Positions 1 to 7,811 of a stretch of DNA of 64,000 nt are shown here, one piece after another. The DNA comes from an uncultured Bacilli bacterium (GTDB taxonomy: Bacteria > Bacillota_I > Bacilli_A > RF39 > UBA660). Location of the stretch: contig CANQQR010000002.1 of assembly GCA_947626035.1 (NCBI GenBank), forward strand, positions 37,175-101,174, in the 5' to 3' direction. Position numbers and translations under genes: made by a program. The notes under the pieces are model-generated. The model had not been told where the DNA came from, did no database searches, and saw nothing but the letters and a program-made list of their open reading frames with translations. Position 1 is the first letter of the stretch, and each line of letters opens with the position of its first letter.

Positions 1-297
1 AAATCCTGATAAGCCATTAAATTGTCTTAGTGTGTCAAAGTATTTAGCACGTCCTGTTAGGATTTTGTGTACGTAACTTTGGTGTGAGACGTCAAATATT
101 ATTTTGTCTTTGGGTGTATCAAATACTTTGTGTAGTGCTATGGTTAGTTCTACTATACCTAGGTTACTAGATAAGTGTCCTCCAGTTTTAGATATTTTGT
201 CTATTAAAAATTCTCTTATGTCTTTACTTAGAGTTGTTAATTCTTTGCTACTTAGTTTTTTTATAAATTTTGGGTTTTTAATTTCTTCTATTTTCAT
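1..297 (-). CDS. dxs: 1-deoxy-D-xylulose-5-phosphate synthase, 5' portion only (gene continues beyond window start)
   Basis: Minus-strand translation from the ATG at 297 gives [11 protein letters not shown]...[45 protein letters not shown]...GLSGF. This is the hallmark DXS N-terminus (GGHL..NLG, DVGHQ/SHQ.Y.HKILTGR). An AGGTGA ribosome-binding site lies upstream. A consensus promoter TTGACG-17-TATAAT lies on the minus strand at 317..345. The gene is absent from the ORF track because it runs off the window edge. Confidence 0.8.
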   Translation of the reverse strand, partial: MKIEEIKNPKFIKKLSSKELTTLSKDIREFLIDKISKTGGHLSSNLGIVELTIALHKVFDTPKDKIIFDVSHQSYVHKILTGRAKYFDTLRQFNGLSGF

Positions 298-362
298 TTC
301 TTCACCTGTAGATTTGATTATAGTTTATTTTATTTGATACGTCAAATTTTAGGTTATGTTTT

Positions 363-1355
363 TTAGATTTTATAATACATTTGTTTACTGCTATTTGGTT
401 TATTTGGTATGGTTTGTTTAATTAGGCCTTCTTTAATAGCGGGATGTAGATATTTGTTTCTTAATGTGTTTTTAGATTTTATATTTAGTTTTTCCATTAT
501 TTCTTTAGCGCTTAGTGGTACATTTTTTTCTAAGCAATTTAGTAATTTATTTATGTTTATTGCATCTTCAACAATTAATGTATTTGGTATTTTTAATGCT
601 TCGTCTAGTGTTTCGTCTATTATTTTTAGCATAAATTCAATAAATTCAGTGGAATTACCTAAGTTATTACAGTCATTAATTGCTTCGTAGTACCCTTTTT
701 GATATTTATATATTTGTGATTCAATTGGTAGATATTCAAATATTTTTTTCCAGTTATAAAGTAAAATGTTTTGCCATAGTCTTACGGTTCTTCCGTTTCC
801 ATCGCTAAATGGATGAATAAATACAAATTCATAGTGAAATACACTTGATAATATTAATGGATGTATTTTATTTTTATTTTCTTTTGCCCATTTTAGAAGT
901 TGTTTTATTAGATAGTCAACATTTTCAGGTGGTGGACACATAAATATGCAGTTTTTACCGTTAAATACGCCCTCGTTTCCTTTTCTGAATTTACCAGAGT
1001 CTTTTACTGTTAAATATGTTATTATACCATGGGCTTTTTTTAAGTCTTTAATACTATATGGGTTAAGATTATTTATCATTTCATAAGCATTGTAGGCGTT
1101 TTTTACTTCTTGAATGTCTTTTTTAGGGCCTAGTACTAATTTACCATCTATAACATCTTTTACTTGGTCTTTTGTTAGTTTGTTGTTTTCGATTGCAAGT
1201 GAAGAATGAATAGAATTTATTTTTGTTTGTTTTCTTAAATATGGTTTTTTATTTAGATTTGTATAGTTATCAAGTTTAGTTATTTTTTCAGAAATATTAG
1301 CTACTCTGTTTAATATGAGTTCTGTTATTTCATATGGTGGATTATATTTTTCCAT
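363..1355 (-). CDS. Fic/DOC family protein (AMPylator-type), class II with internal inhibitory motif, C-terminal wHTH-like region
   Basis: Canonical Fic motif HPFSDGNGRTVR (HPFx[D/E]GNGRxxR). An upstream SLAIEN segment matches the [S/T]xxxE[G/N] auto-inhibitory helix motif. 330 aa. Confidence 0.85.
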   Translation of the reverse strand: MEKYNPPYEITELILNRVANISEKITKLDNYTNLNKKPYLRKQTKINSIHSSLAIENNKLTKDQVKDVIDGKLVLGPKKDIQEVKNAYNAYEMINNLNPYSIKDLKKAHGIITYLTVKDSGKFRKGNEGVFNGKNCIFMCPPPENVDYLIKQLLKWAKENKNKIHPLILSSVFHYEFVFIHPFSDGNGRTVRLWQNILLYNWKKIFEYLPIESQIYKYQKGYYEAINDCNNLGNSTEFIEFMLKIIDETLDEALKIPNTLIVEDAININKLLNCLEKNVPLSAKEIMEKLNIKSKNTLRNKYLHPAIKEGLIKQTIPNKPNSSKQMYYKI

Positions 1356-1383
1356 TACTAATCACCTCAGATTTCTTAGATTT

Positions 1384-1448
1384 ATTGTACTATGTTTTAG
1401 TGTAATAATCAATATGACTTGCTCAAGACTTGCTCAAGACTTGCTCAA
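1384..1448 (-). promoter_or_regulatory. Putative fic promoter (TTGATT-17-TACAAT, minus strand) immediately preceded by 3 perfect tandem copies of an 11-bp direct repeat (TTGAGCAAGTC on the minus strand; 1416..1448)
   Basis: Read directly: gacttgctcaa x3 at 1416-1426, 1427-1437 and 1438-1448. The -35 (aatcaa reverse-complemented) is at 1407-1412 and the -10 (attgta reverse-complemented) at 1384-1389, with a 17-nt spacer. Confidence 0.5.
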
Positions 1449-1483
1449 AAAAAGACTAATATTTTTAGCCTTTTAATATGTTT

Positions 1484-2620
1484 TTAATTTTTAACTAAAG
1501 TTAAGCACAATCCTAATATAATTATAATTATAATTATAAAGATAATATCAATTATGCGTGATTCTATCTCTTTCTTGCTTAGTTTCTTTTTCTTTTTAGG
1601 TTTTTTGTGTTCTTCGTTGCTGTAAGCAGACATAAAAAAACTTGTATATGCTAGTATTGCTGGAATTATTGTCCATTCTCCTTTGAGGAAGAAGAATAGA
1701 ATTATTCCGGAAATATATAATATTATACTAATTGTATGAATTATTATATAGTCTTTGCGTAGATTAAGCTTGATAATTTTGTCTTTTTTAGTTGTAGTAG
1801 ACTTTGGTTTTTCTTCTGTTGTGTTTTGTAATATCGTGTATTCTTTAGGATTAAGTTTCATTATATAGATAAAACTATCTCTCATATATTTATAAGTAGA
1901 TTTAGATGTTGAATCGTTTTGCTTATGTACGTAAAGTGATTTGGTATTTAATTCTATTCCTGCTGGTAAGATATTGAATGTTGGTTCAATTAAACAATTA
2001 GTGAATAGATATTCTTTAAAACTTTCTGTACTATTGTCTACTATGATAATCATTTTAACGGATAGGTCTTTAGTAGTTATATTGTCTATTACATCTTGTA
2101 AGTCATTATTTATTTCTTCTTTTTCTATATATTCTTTCATTCTTATTATTGCATATAATTCTTTATAACCTAGACTTATCTTTTTTTCATAGATGTTTAG
2201 TTCTTCTTCATTATCATATTTCTTTTCAAGTATTAATTTATATTTTTGCTCGGTTAATTTGGTAACAATATCATTATAAACAGTTGAATAATTACTACTA
2301 TTTATTTTAAATTTGTATGCGTCTGCTTTTTTAGTTTTAAATATATCTGATTCTGATTTAACATTTAAAGTAATTAAATGCATGTGAATGTATATAGATG
2401 TTATGCCTAATATTAAATCGCCAATAAGCAAATAATCATAAATCTTTTCATAAATTTCAGTTGGTATTATAAATGGAAAAAAGAAAAATAAAGCAAATAT
2501 CATAATTCCGCTGAATATTATTAGTCCAACTATAAATATTATAATTTTGTTGAAAGTTTTTTCTTTCATGATTACCTCTTTCATAGAAATATGTTTATTC
2601 TTTAAATTTATATTTATCAA
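1484..2620 (-). CDS. Hypothetical membrane protein, paralog A of a tandem pair (N-terminal and C-terminal transmembrane segments, soluble middle domain)
   Basis: 378-aa ORF. Hydrophobic N-terminus (IIIFIVGLIIFSGIMIFALFFFFPFII) and hydrophobic C-terminal segments. It is near-identical over long stretches to the ORF at 2684..3832. Confidence 0.6.
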   Translation of the reverse strand: MININLKNKHISMKEVIMKEKTFNKIIIFIVGLIIFSGIMIFALFFFFPFIIPTEIYEKIYDYLLIGDLILGITSIYIHMHLITLNVKSESDIFKTKKADAYKFKINSSNYSTVYNDIVTKLTEQKYKLILEKKYDNEEELNIYEKKISLGYKELYAIIRMKEYIEKEEINNDLQDVIDNITTKDLSVKMIIIVDNSTESFKEYLFTNCLIEPTFNILPAGIELNTKSLYVHKQNDSTSKSTYKYMRDSFIYIMKLNPKEYTILQNTTEEKPKSTTTKKDKIIKLNLRKDYIIIHTISIILYISGIILFFFLKGEWTIIPAILAYTSFFMSAYSNEEHKKPKKKKKLSKKEIESRIIDIIFIIIIIIILGLCLTLVKN

Positions 2621-2683
2621 ATTTTTTTTGATTTGTCTGGTTCTATAGTTTAATCTGCCTATTAATACTAGATAAAATCAGGA

Positions 2684-3832
2684 TTAATGGTAAATTTTAT
2701 CTTGAATTATAACGTATATAATAGCTCCGATAAAATATGCAATAAATATAAAATAAATTACATTCATTACTTTTTCTCCTATACTTAATTTTCTTTTTTT
2801 AGGTTTTACTTTTTTCTTTTTTGTAAATTTACTTGAGTCTACATTTTCATAAAAATTAATTGCAAAACCCATTTCAGAAAGTAAAAGCGGAAAAGTTGCA
2901 TTTTTATATATCGGTGTCATTATTAAACCTGAAAAGTATAGTATTGTACTTATAATGTGTGCTACTATATAATCTTTACTTATTTTTAGTTTGATAATTT
3001 GGTCTGGATTAGATGGGTTTGATTTTTCTTCTGTTGTATTTTTTAAAATTGTGTAGTTTTTAGGGTTAAGTTTCATTATATAGATAAAGCTATCTCTCAT
3101 ATATTTATATGCAGATTTAAACATTGAATCGTTTTGTTTATGTACATAAAGTGATTTAGTATTTAATTCTATTCCTGTTGGTAAGATAGTTAACCTTTCT
3201 TCAATTAAGCAATTTGTGAATAGATACTCTTTAAATCTTTCAGTACTTTTATCTACTATGATTATTATTTTAAGTGATATGTATATTGAATTTAATGTTT
3301 CTATTAAGTCATGTAAGTCATTATCTATTTCTTCTTCTGTTTTATCTTTAAATTCTTTCATTCTTATTATTGCATAAAATTCTATGTTGCTTATACCTAA
3401 ATTTTTTTCATAGATGTTTAGCTCTTTTTCGTTATCATATTTCTTCTCTAATGTTAATTTGTATTTTTGTTCTGTTAATTTAGCAACAATATCATTATAA
3501 ACAGTTGAATAATTACTACTATTTATTTTAAATTTGTATGCGTCTGCTTTTTTAGTTTTAAATATATCTGATTCTGATTTAACATTTAAAGTGCTTAAAG
3601 TAACATGAATATATATAGCAGTTATGCCTAATATTAAATCGCCAATAAGCAAATAATCATAAATCTTTTCATAAATTTCAGTTGGTATTATAAGTGGAAA
3701 GACTAATAAAATTGCAAATAACATAATTCCACTGAATATTATTAGACTAACTATAAATATTATAATTTTGTTGAAAGTTTTTTCTTTCATGATTACCTCT
3801 TTCTTTAATATATTTTTATTCTTCAAACTCAT
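2684..3832 (-). CDS. Hypothetical membrane protein, paralog B of the tandem pair
   Basis: 382 aa. It shares long identical blocks with paralog A (e.g. PTEIYEKIYDYLLIGDLILGIT, SESDIFKTKKADAYKFKINSSNYSTVYNDIV, NCLIE..., SLYVHKQNDS, YKYMRDSFIYIMKLNPK), but the central and C-terminal parts diverge. Confidence 0.6.
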   Translation of the reverse strand: MSLKNKNILKKEVIMKEKTFNKIIIFIVSLIIFSGIMLFAILLVFPLIIPTEIYEKIYDYLLIGDLILGITAIYIHVTLSTLNVKSESDIFKTKKADAYKFKINSSNYSTVYNDIVAKLTEQKYKLTLEKKYDNEKELNIYEKNLGISNIEFYAIIRMKEFKDKTEEEIDNDLHDLIETLNSIYISLKIIIIVDKSTERFKEYLFTNCLIEERLTILPTGIELNTKSLYVHKQNDSMFKSAYKYMRDSFIYIMKLNPKNYTILKNTTEEKSNPSNPDQIIKLKISKDYIVAHIISTILYFSGLIMTPIYKNATFPLLLSEMGFAINFYENVDSSKFTKKKKVKPKKRKLSIGEKVMNVIYFIFIAYFIGAIIYVIIQDKIYH

Positions 3833-4850
3833 ATTTATCTAGTCTTTTTTTAATTTTATCTAGTTCTTTTTTTCTTTCGTCATAGTATTTTGTTGTTTCC
3901 CAATATTTTAAATCTCCCTCTATAGCTTTATAGCCTAGGCTTTTAAGATTTGGTGTTAATTTTTTAACTCTTAATAATTTGTCTACTAGTACTAGGTAAA
4001 GTATAATTCCATCCGTTACGTTTGCATATTCGCGAACATCATCAGTTAATTTATTTAATATTTGTCTTCCAGTTTTATTTTTATCATATATTTCGTTGCA
4101 AACACTTTTTACATATAGTGCTATATCATTATCATATAATTTTGGACCCCAACCATATGAGTAATGTCTACCCTCTTTTTGTCTTTTTAATACTATCTTA
4201 TCTCCTCTTTCTCTTTTATAGAGTTTATTCATAATTCTTTCGTTAAATTTTTCAGTTTCTTTTATTCCTCTTTTTGTGTATTGTTTTCCTTTTTTTAGAT
4301 TAAATGTTTCATAGCTTTCTAATAATTCATTTACAAATTTGTCTGAATTAATTGTGCTTATAAATAAGCTTTCTTTAATAAATTCTTCCTCTTCTGGAAT
4401 TTCTATTTTAAAGTTACCTATATATTTAAATTCAGGACAGTAGAATTTTTTTGGTAAAATAAATATTCTGAAAATATAAGTGTATATAAGTCCATATTTA
4501 TCAGGTTTAACTTTTATATGCTTTTTACTTTCTATTAATTCTTCTACAGATTGTTCCATCGGCTTATCTCCAAGTCTTAAATTATATGGACCTCCATAAT
4601 ATTTTATTAGTTCCAGTTTGTCAAATTCTTCTTGGGTAGTAGGGATTGTCTCGTCTTTTGTTATTTTTGCACGAAAATATTGAAATTCTGGGTATTTTGG
4701 GTCAGTTTTAATGTTTTCATTTTCAAATTTAGTGAGTAATAAATATCTTCCATTATATTTTTTAAATTCTTTATTATCGGTTTCAATTTTAACTGCGAAT
4801 GTATCGCCTGGTAGCCAATTTTTTTTAAATTTTTTATTTCCTTTTATCAT
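3816..4850 (-). CDS. Orphan paralog of the RHS-toxin immunity protein (putative immunity protein)
   Basis: 344 aa. It is strongly similar to the ORF at 6765..7811, which sits immediately downstream of the RHS toxin. The N-terminal ~90 aa and C-terminal ~60 aa are near-identical, and the 5' ~160 nt of DNA is ~95% identical. It has its own extended -10 promoter TGATATAAT (minus strand, 4882..4890) downstream of a terminator. Confidence 0.6.
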   Translation of the reverse strand: MIKGNKKFKKNWLPGDTFAVKIETDNKEFKKYNGRYLLLTKFENENIKTDPKYPEFQYFRAKITKDETIPTTQEEFDKLELIKYYGGPYNLRLGDKPMEQSVEELIESKKHIKVKPDKYGLIYTYIFRIFILPKKFYCPEFKYIGNFKIEIPEEEEFIKESLFISTINSDKFVNELLESYETFNLKKGKQYTKRGIKETEKFNERIMNKLYKRERGDKIVLKRQKEGRHYSYGWGPKLYDNDIALYVKSVCNEIYDKNKTGRQILNKLTDDVREYANVTDGIILYLVLVDKLLRVKKLTPNLKSLGYKAIEGDLKYWETTKYYDERKKELDKIKKRLDKYEFEE

Positions 4851-4907
4851 TCATTGCACCTCACTTGATTTTGTTATTTATATTATATCACAGTTTGTAC
4901 TTGAACA

Positions 4908-4943
4908 TGAAAAAAAGGTTAGCACTTTTTTTAAGTGCTAACC
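4908..4943 (-). terminator. Intrinsic terminator (9-bp stem ggttagcac/gtgctaacc, U7 tract) ending the RHS operon; overlaps the stop codon of the ArpU-like gene
   Basis: Perfect inverted repeat at 4917-4925 and 4935-4943, followed on the minus strand by UUUUUUU (reverse complement of aaaaaaa at 4909-4916). Confidence 0.7.
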
Positions 4944-5537
4944 AATTATTATGTTAAGATTTTCATTACTTTTTAATTCTAAGTATGTTTTTACTAGACA
5001 ACTCTTTTTAATCTTTTGTAAAGTAAATCTACTTATATTCAATATTTCACTTATTTCTTCTTCAGTTTTATTATTAAAGAATGTGTTTACTAAATAATAT
5101 GTTTCACTGTATGTTAATTTAGTAGATAGGCTCATTATAGTATCATAAAAATCTTTAGCCCATATTTGTTTATCTATTTTACTTGCTATGTAATTGCTTA
5201 TTTTGTCTTGTTTGTTTTTATTTTTAGTTATTTCTTTACCATATATTGGCGATATGTTTATGTAGTCTTTATCAATATATTTGGCGTCATTAAAAGTAGT
5301 GAAACTTTTTAATAAATCTTTTCTTAGATTTGTGTAGTAGTATGCTTCTATTACTTCATTGCTTAAAAGATTTCTGTAAGTTTCTTTCTTATTTTCTAAG
5401 TTTTCTAAAATTTGTTTTGGTAATTCAAAAAAATTATTATCGTTTCTCATATTATCTACTTCGACTTTCCCCCTCACATTTAATTTTTTTCTGTTTATAT
5501 TAGTCTTTTTTTGTTTAAATGTCAAGATTTTTTTCAC
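4938..5537 (-). CDS. ArpU-family / sigma-70 region-4-like phage late transcriptional regulator
   Basis: 199 aa. The C-terminus (TEEEISEILNISRFTLQKIKKS) looks like a region-4 helix-turn-helix. The overall size and layout fit ArpU-type phage late regulators. It overlaps the holin gene by 23 nt. Confidence 0.5.
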   Translation of the reverse strand: MKKILTFKQKKTNINRKKLNVRGKVEVDNMRNDNNFFELPKQILENLENKKETYRNLLSNEVIEAYYYTNLRKDLLKSFTTFNDAKYIDKDYINISPIYGKEITKNKNKQDKISNYIASKIDKQIWAKDFYDTIMSLSTKLTYSETYYLVNTFFNNKTEEEISEILNISRFTLQKIKKSCLVKTYLELKSNENLNIIIG

Positions 5538-5925
5538 TTCCTTTTAAATTATTAAATATATCGAATAGTTTTTTGGGTAATGGTAGGTTCATTAAGGCCC
5601 AGTTTTCAAGTATAGATATGGCTTCATTAGATATAAAAAAGTATAAAACTATAGTCCTTATAGCGCCACTGCTTTTTAATATTATTTTATCTAATAATGA
5701 TACTAATATAATTATTAATATATAGCCTATTTTTTTGATTATTCCTTTTATTCCTATGTTGCTATTTAATTCTTTTATGTATATTGCTTTACATATACCT
5801 GTTATGTAATCAATAATCATAAATATTAATAATATTTTAAGAAGAGAGTCTAAGCCTCCTAACAAGTATGTTATGAGGCTTAGTATACTATTACATATTA
5901 TTTCTAATTTTTTCAAAATTTTCAC
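5515..5925 (-). CDS. Holin, TcdE / Phage_holin_4_1 family
   Basis: 136 aa with three predicted transmembrane segments. The central block GGLDSLLKILLIFMIIDYITGICKAIYIKELNSNIGIKGIIKKIGYILIIILVSLLDKII and the C-terminal ISILENWALMNLPLPKKL closely resemble the C. difficile TcdE holin (..D.LLG..SAIK...FNSSFGIDGGIRKV...VD.. and SILKNM.L.GLPVPKRL), recalled from memory. Its start overlaps the stop of the M23 gene (ATGA). Confidence 0.75.
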   Translation of the reverse strand: MKILKKLEIICNSILSLITYLLGGLDSLLKILLIFMIIDYITGICKAIYIKELNSNIGIKGIIKKIGYILIIILVSLLDKIILKSSGAIRTIVLYFFISNEAISILENWALMNLPLPKKLFDIFNNLKGSEKNLDI

Positions 5926-6740
5926 CTCTTTATATATAATTGTTGACCTGGGTATATTAACCCTGGGTCTGGTCCTATTGTGTCTTTGTTATCTTCATAG
6001 ATTTTAGGCCAAGTCGTGTTATATTTGTTTGCAATATCATATAATGTATCTCCTGATTTTACTGTGTATGTTATGATGTTTGAATTGTTAGTTTGATTAG
6101 GAATACGTATTGTTTGACCCGTGATTATTAGATTAGGATTTTCTATGTTATTGTATTTTGCTAAATCTATATAATTCATATTATATAAAGAAGCAATACC
6201 ACTTAAGGTATCGCCACTTTTAACTATATATGTGATATCAGTATTATTACTTATGGCATTATTTGTTTCTAAATATTCTGGAATTGTTTTTATTCCTAGT
6301 AAATAATCTTTAGGGTCAACCCATGCATTGTTTACTTCTACACCAAAATGTAGATGTGGGCCAGTTGCATAGCCAGTAGCTCCTTTTATTCCGAGTAGTT
6401 GTCCTTTTTTTACTATATCGCCTACTTTAACTTTGATACTGTTATATTGCATGTGATAATAAACTGTATATATGTTATTTCCGTGATATAGAATAACATG
6501 GTTACCACTACCATAGGTAGTGGTATAACCTGTTATATTATCTCTTATGTCTGTAACTATTCCACTTGATACTGCTACTATTTCTGTACCGCTTGTCATG
6601 TCTATTCCGTTGTGGAAGTTACTATCATATTTATTAGTTACTTCATTATAGAATGTTCTATAACCGAAGTCTGAAGTTATATAAGAAAAATCCAATCCTT
6701 TGAAAGGACTGGATTTAATATTATTTAATGTATAACCCAT
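5922..6740 (-). CDS. Peptidoglycan hydrolase: M23 (LytM-type) metallopeptidase domain followed by two LysM domains
   Basis: 272 aa. It has the HxxxD motif (HNGIDM) and the HxH motif (GPHLHFGV) of M23 peptidases. Two C-terminal LysM repeats are present (YIVKSGDTLSGIASLY... and YTVKSGDTLYDIANKY...). No signal peptide is evident. An AGGAGG ribosome-binding site sits 8 nt upstream. Confidence 0.85.
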   Translation of the reverse strand: MGYTLNNIKSSPFKGLDFSYITSDFGYRTFYNEVTNKYDSNFHNGIDMTSGTEIVAVSSGIVTDIRDNITGYTTTYGSGNHVILYHGNNIYTVYYHMQYNSIKVKVGDIVKKGQLLGIKGATGYATGPHLHFGVEVNNAWVDPKDYLLGIKTIPEYLETNNAISNNTDITYIVKSGDTLSGIASLYNMNYIDLAKYNNIENPNLIITGQTIRIPNQTNNSNIITYTVKSGDTLYDIANKYNTTWPKIYEDNKDTIGPDPGLIYPGQQLYIKR

Positions 6741-6764
6741 TTTATTACCTCCTGTTATTAGTTT

Positions 6765-7811
6765 TTATTCTTTGAACTCATATTTATCAAGTCTTTTTTT
6801 GATTTTGTCTAGTTCTTTTTTTCTTTCGTCATAGTGTTTTGTTTTCTCCCAGAATTTTAAATCGTCTTCTATGGCTTTATAACCTATTTTTTTTAGTCCA
6901 GGTGTTAATTTTTTTACTCTCATTAATTTGTCTACTAATACTAGATAAAATCTGGGTCCATCTGTTTTGTTTATATATTCATGAGCTTCTTCATATAGTT
7001 CTCTAAATATTTGCTTTCCAGTTTTGTTTTTATCGTATATATCGTTGTAAACATTTTCTACATTTATTGATACATCACTATCATATAGTTTTGGACCCCA
7101 TCCGTATGAGTAATGAAATTCTACTTTACCTTCTTTTATCATTTTTAATATTAGCTTATCTTCTCTGTCTTTTTTATAGTAGTTTTTCATAATTCTTTCA
7201 TTGTTTTCTTCTGTTTCTTTAATTCCCTCTTTTGTATATTCTTTACCTTTTTTAAGATTAAATGTTTCATAACTTTCTAATAATTTGTTTATAAATATGT
7301 CTGAATTAAGTAGGCTTATAAATGAGCTACTTTCTTTAATAAATTCTTCTTCTTCTGAAATTTCTATTTTAAAGTTGTTTATGTATTTAAATTCTGGACA
7401 GTAGAATGTTTTTGGCGAAATAAATATTCCAAAAATATAAGTGTATATAAGTCCATATTTATCAGGTTTGACTTTTAAATGCTTTTTACTTTCTATTAAT
7501 TCTTCTACGGATTGTTCCATATGCTTATAGCCATATCTTACATTATTTGGACTTCCATAAAATTTTATTAATTCTTGTTTGTCAAATTCTTCTTGAGTAG
7601 TAGGAATAGTCTCGTCTTTTGTTATTTTTGCCCGAAAATATTGAGATTGTGGGTATTTTGGGTCAGTTTTGATGTTTTCATTTTCAAATTTAGTAAGTAT
7701 TAGATATCTTCCATTATATTTTTCAAATTCTTTATTTTCGGTTTCAATTTTAACTGCGAATGTATCGCCTGGTAGCCAATTTTTTTTAAATTTTTTATTT
7801 CCTTTTGTCAT
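6765..7811 (-). CDS. Putative immunity protein cognate to the RHS toxin C-terminal domain
   Basis: 348 aa. Its start overlaps the RHS stop (7808..7811). This is the usual position for an RHS immunity gene. It is a paralog of 3816..4850. Confidence 0.65.
   Translation of the reverse strand: MTKGNKKFKKNWLPGDTFAVKIETENKEFEKYNGRYLILTKFENENIKTDPKYPQSQYFRAKITKDETIPTTQEEFDKQELIKFYGSPNNVRYGYKHMEQSVEELIESKKHLKVKPDKYGLIYTYIFGIFISPKTFYCPEFKYINNFKIEISEEEEFIKESSSFISLLNSDIFINKLLESYETFNLKKGKEYTKEGIKETEENNERIMKNYYKKDREDKLILKMIKEGKVEFHYSYGWGPKLYDSDVSINVENVYNDIYDKNKTGKQIFRELYEEAHEYINKTDGPRFYLVLVDKLMRVKKLTPGLKKIGYKAIEDDLKFWEKTKHYDERKKELDKIKKRLDKYEFKE

Noticed and set aside
104-337. 77-aa plus-strand ORF at the window start
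   Set aside because: It lies antisense to the clearly recognisable dxs N-terminus encoded on the minus strand (1..297). It is hydrophobic and low-complexity, with no ribosome-binding site.
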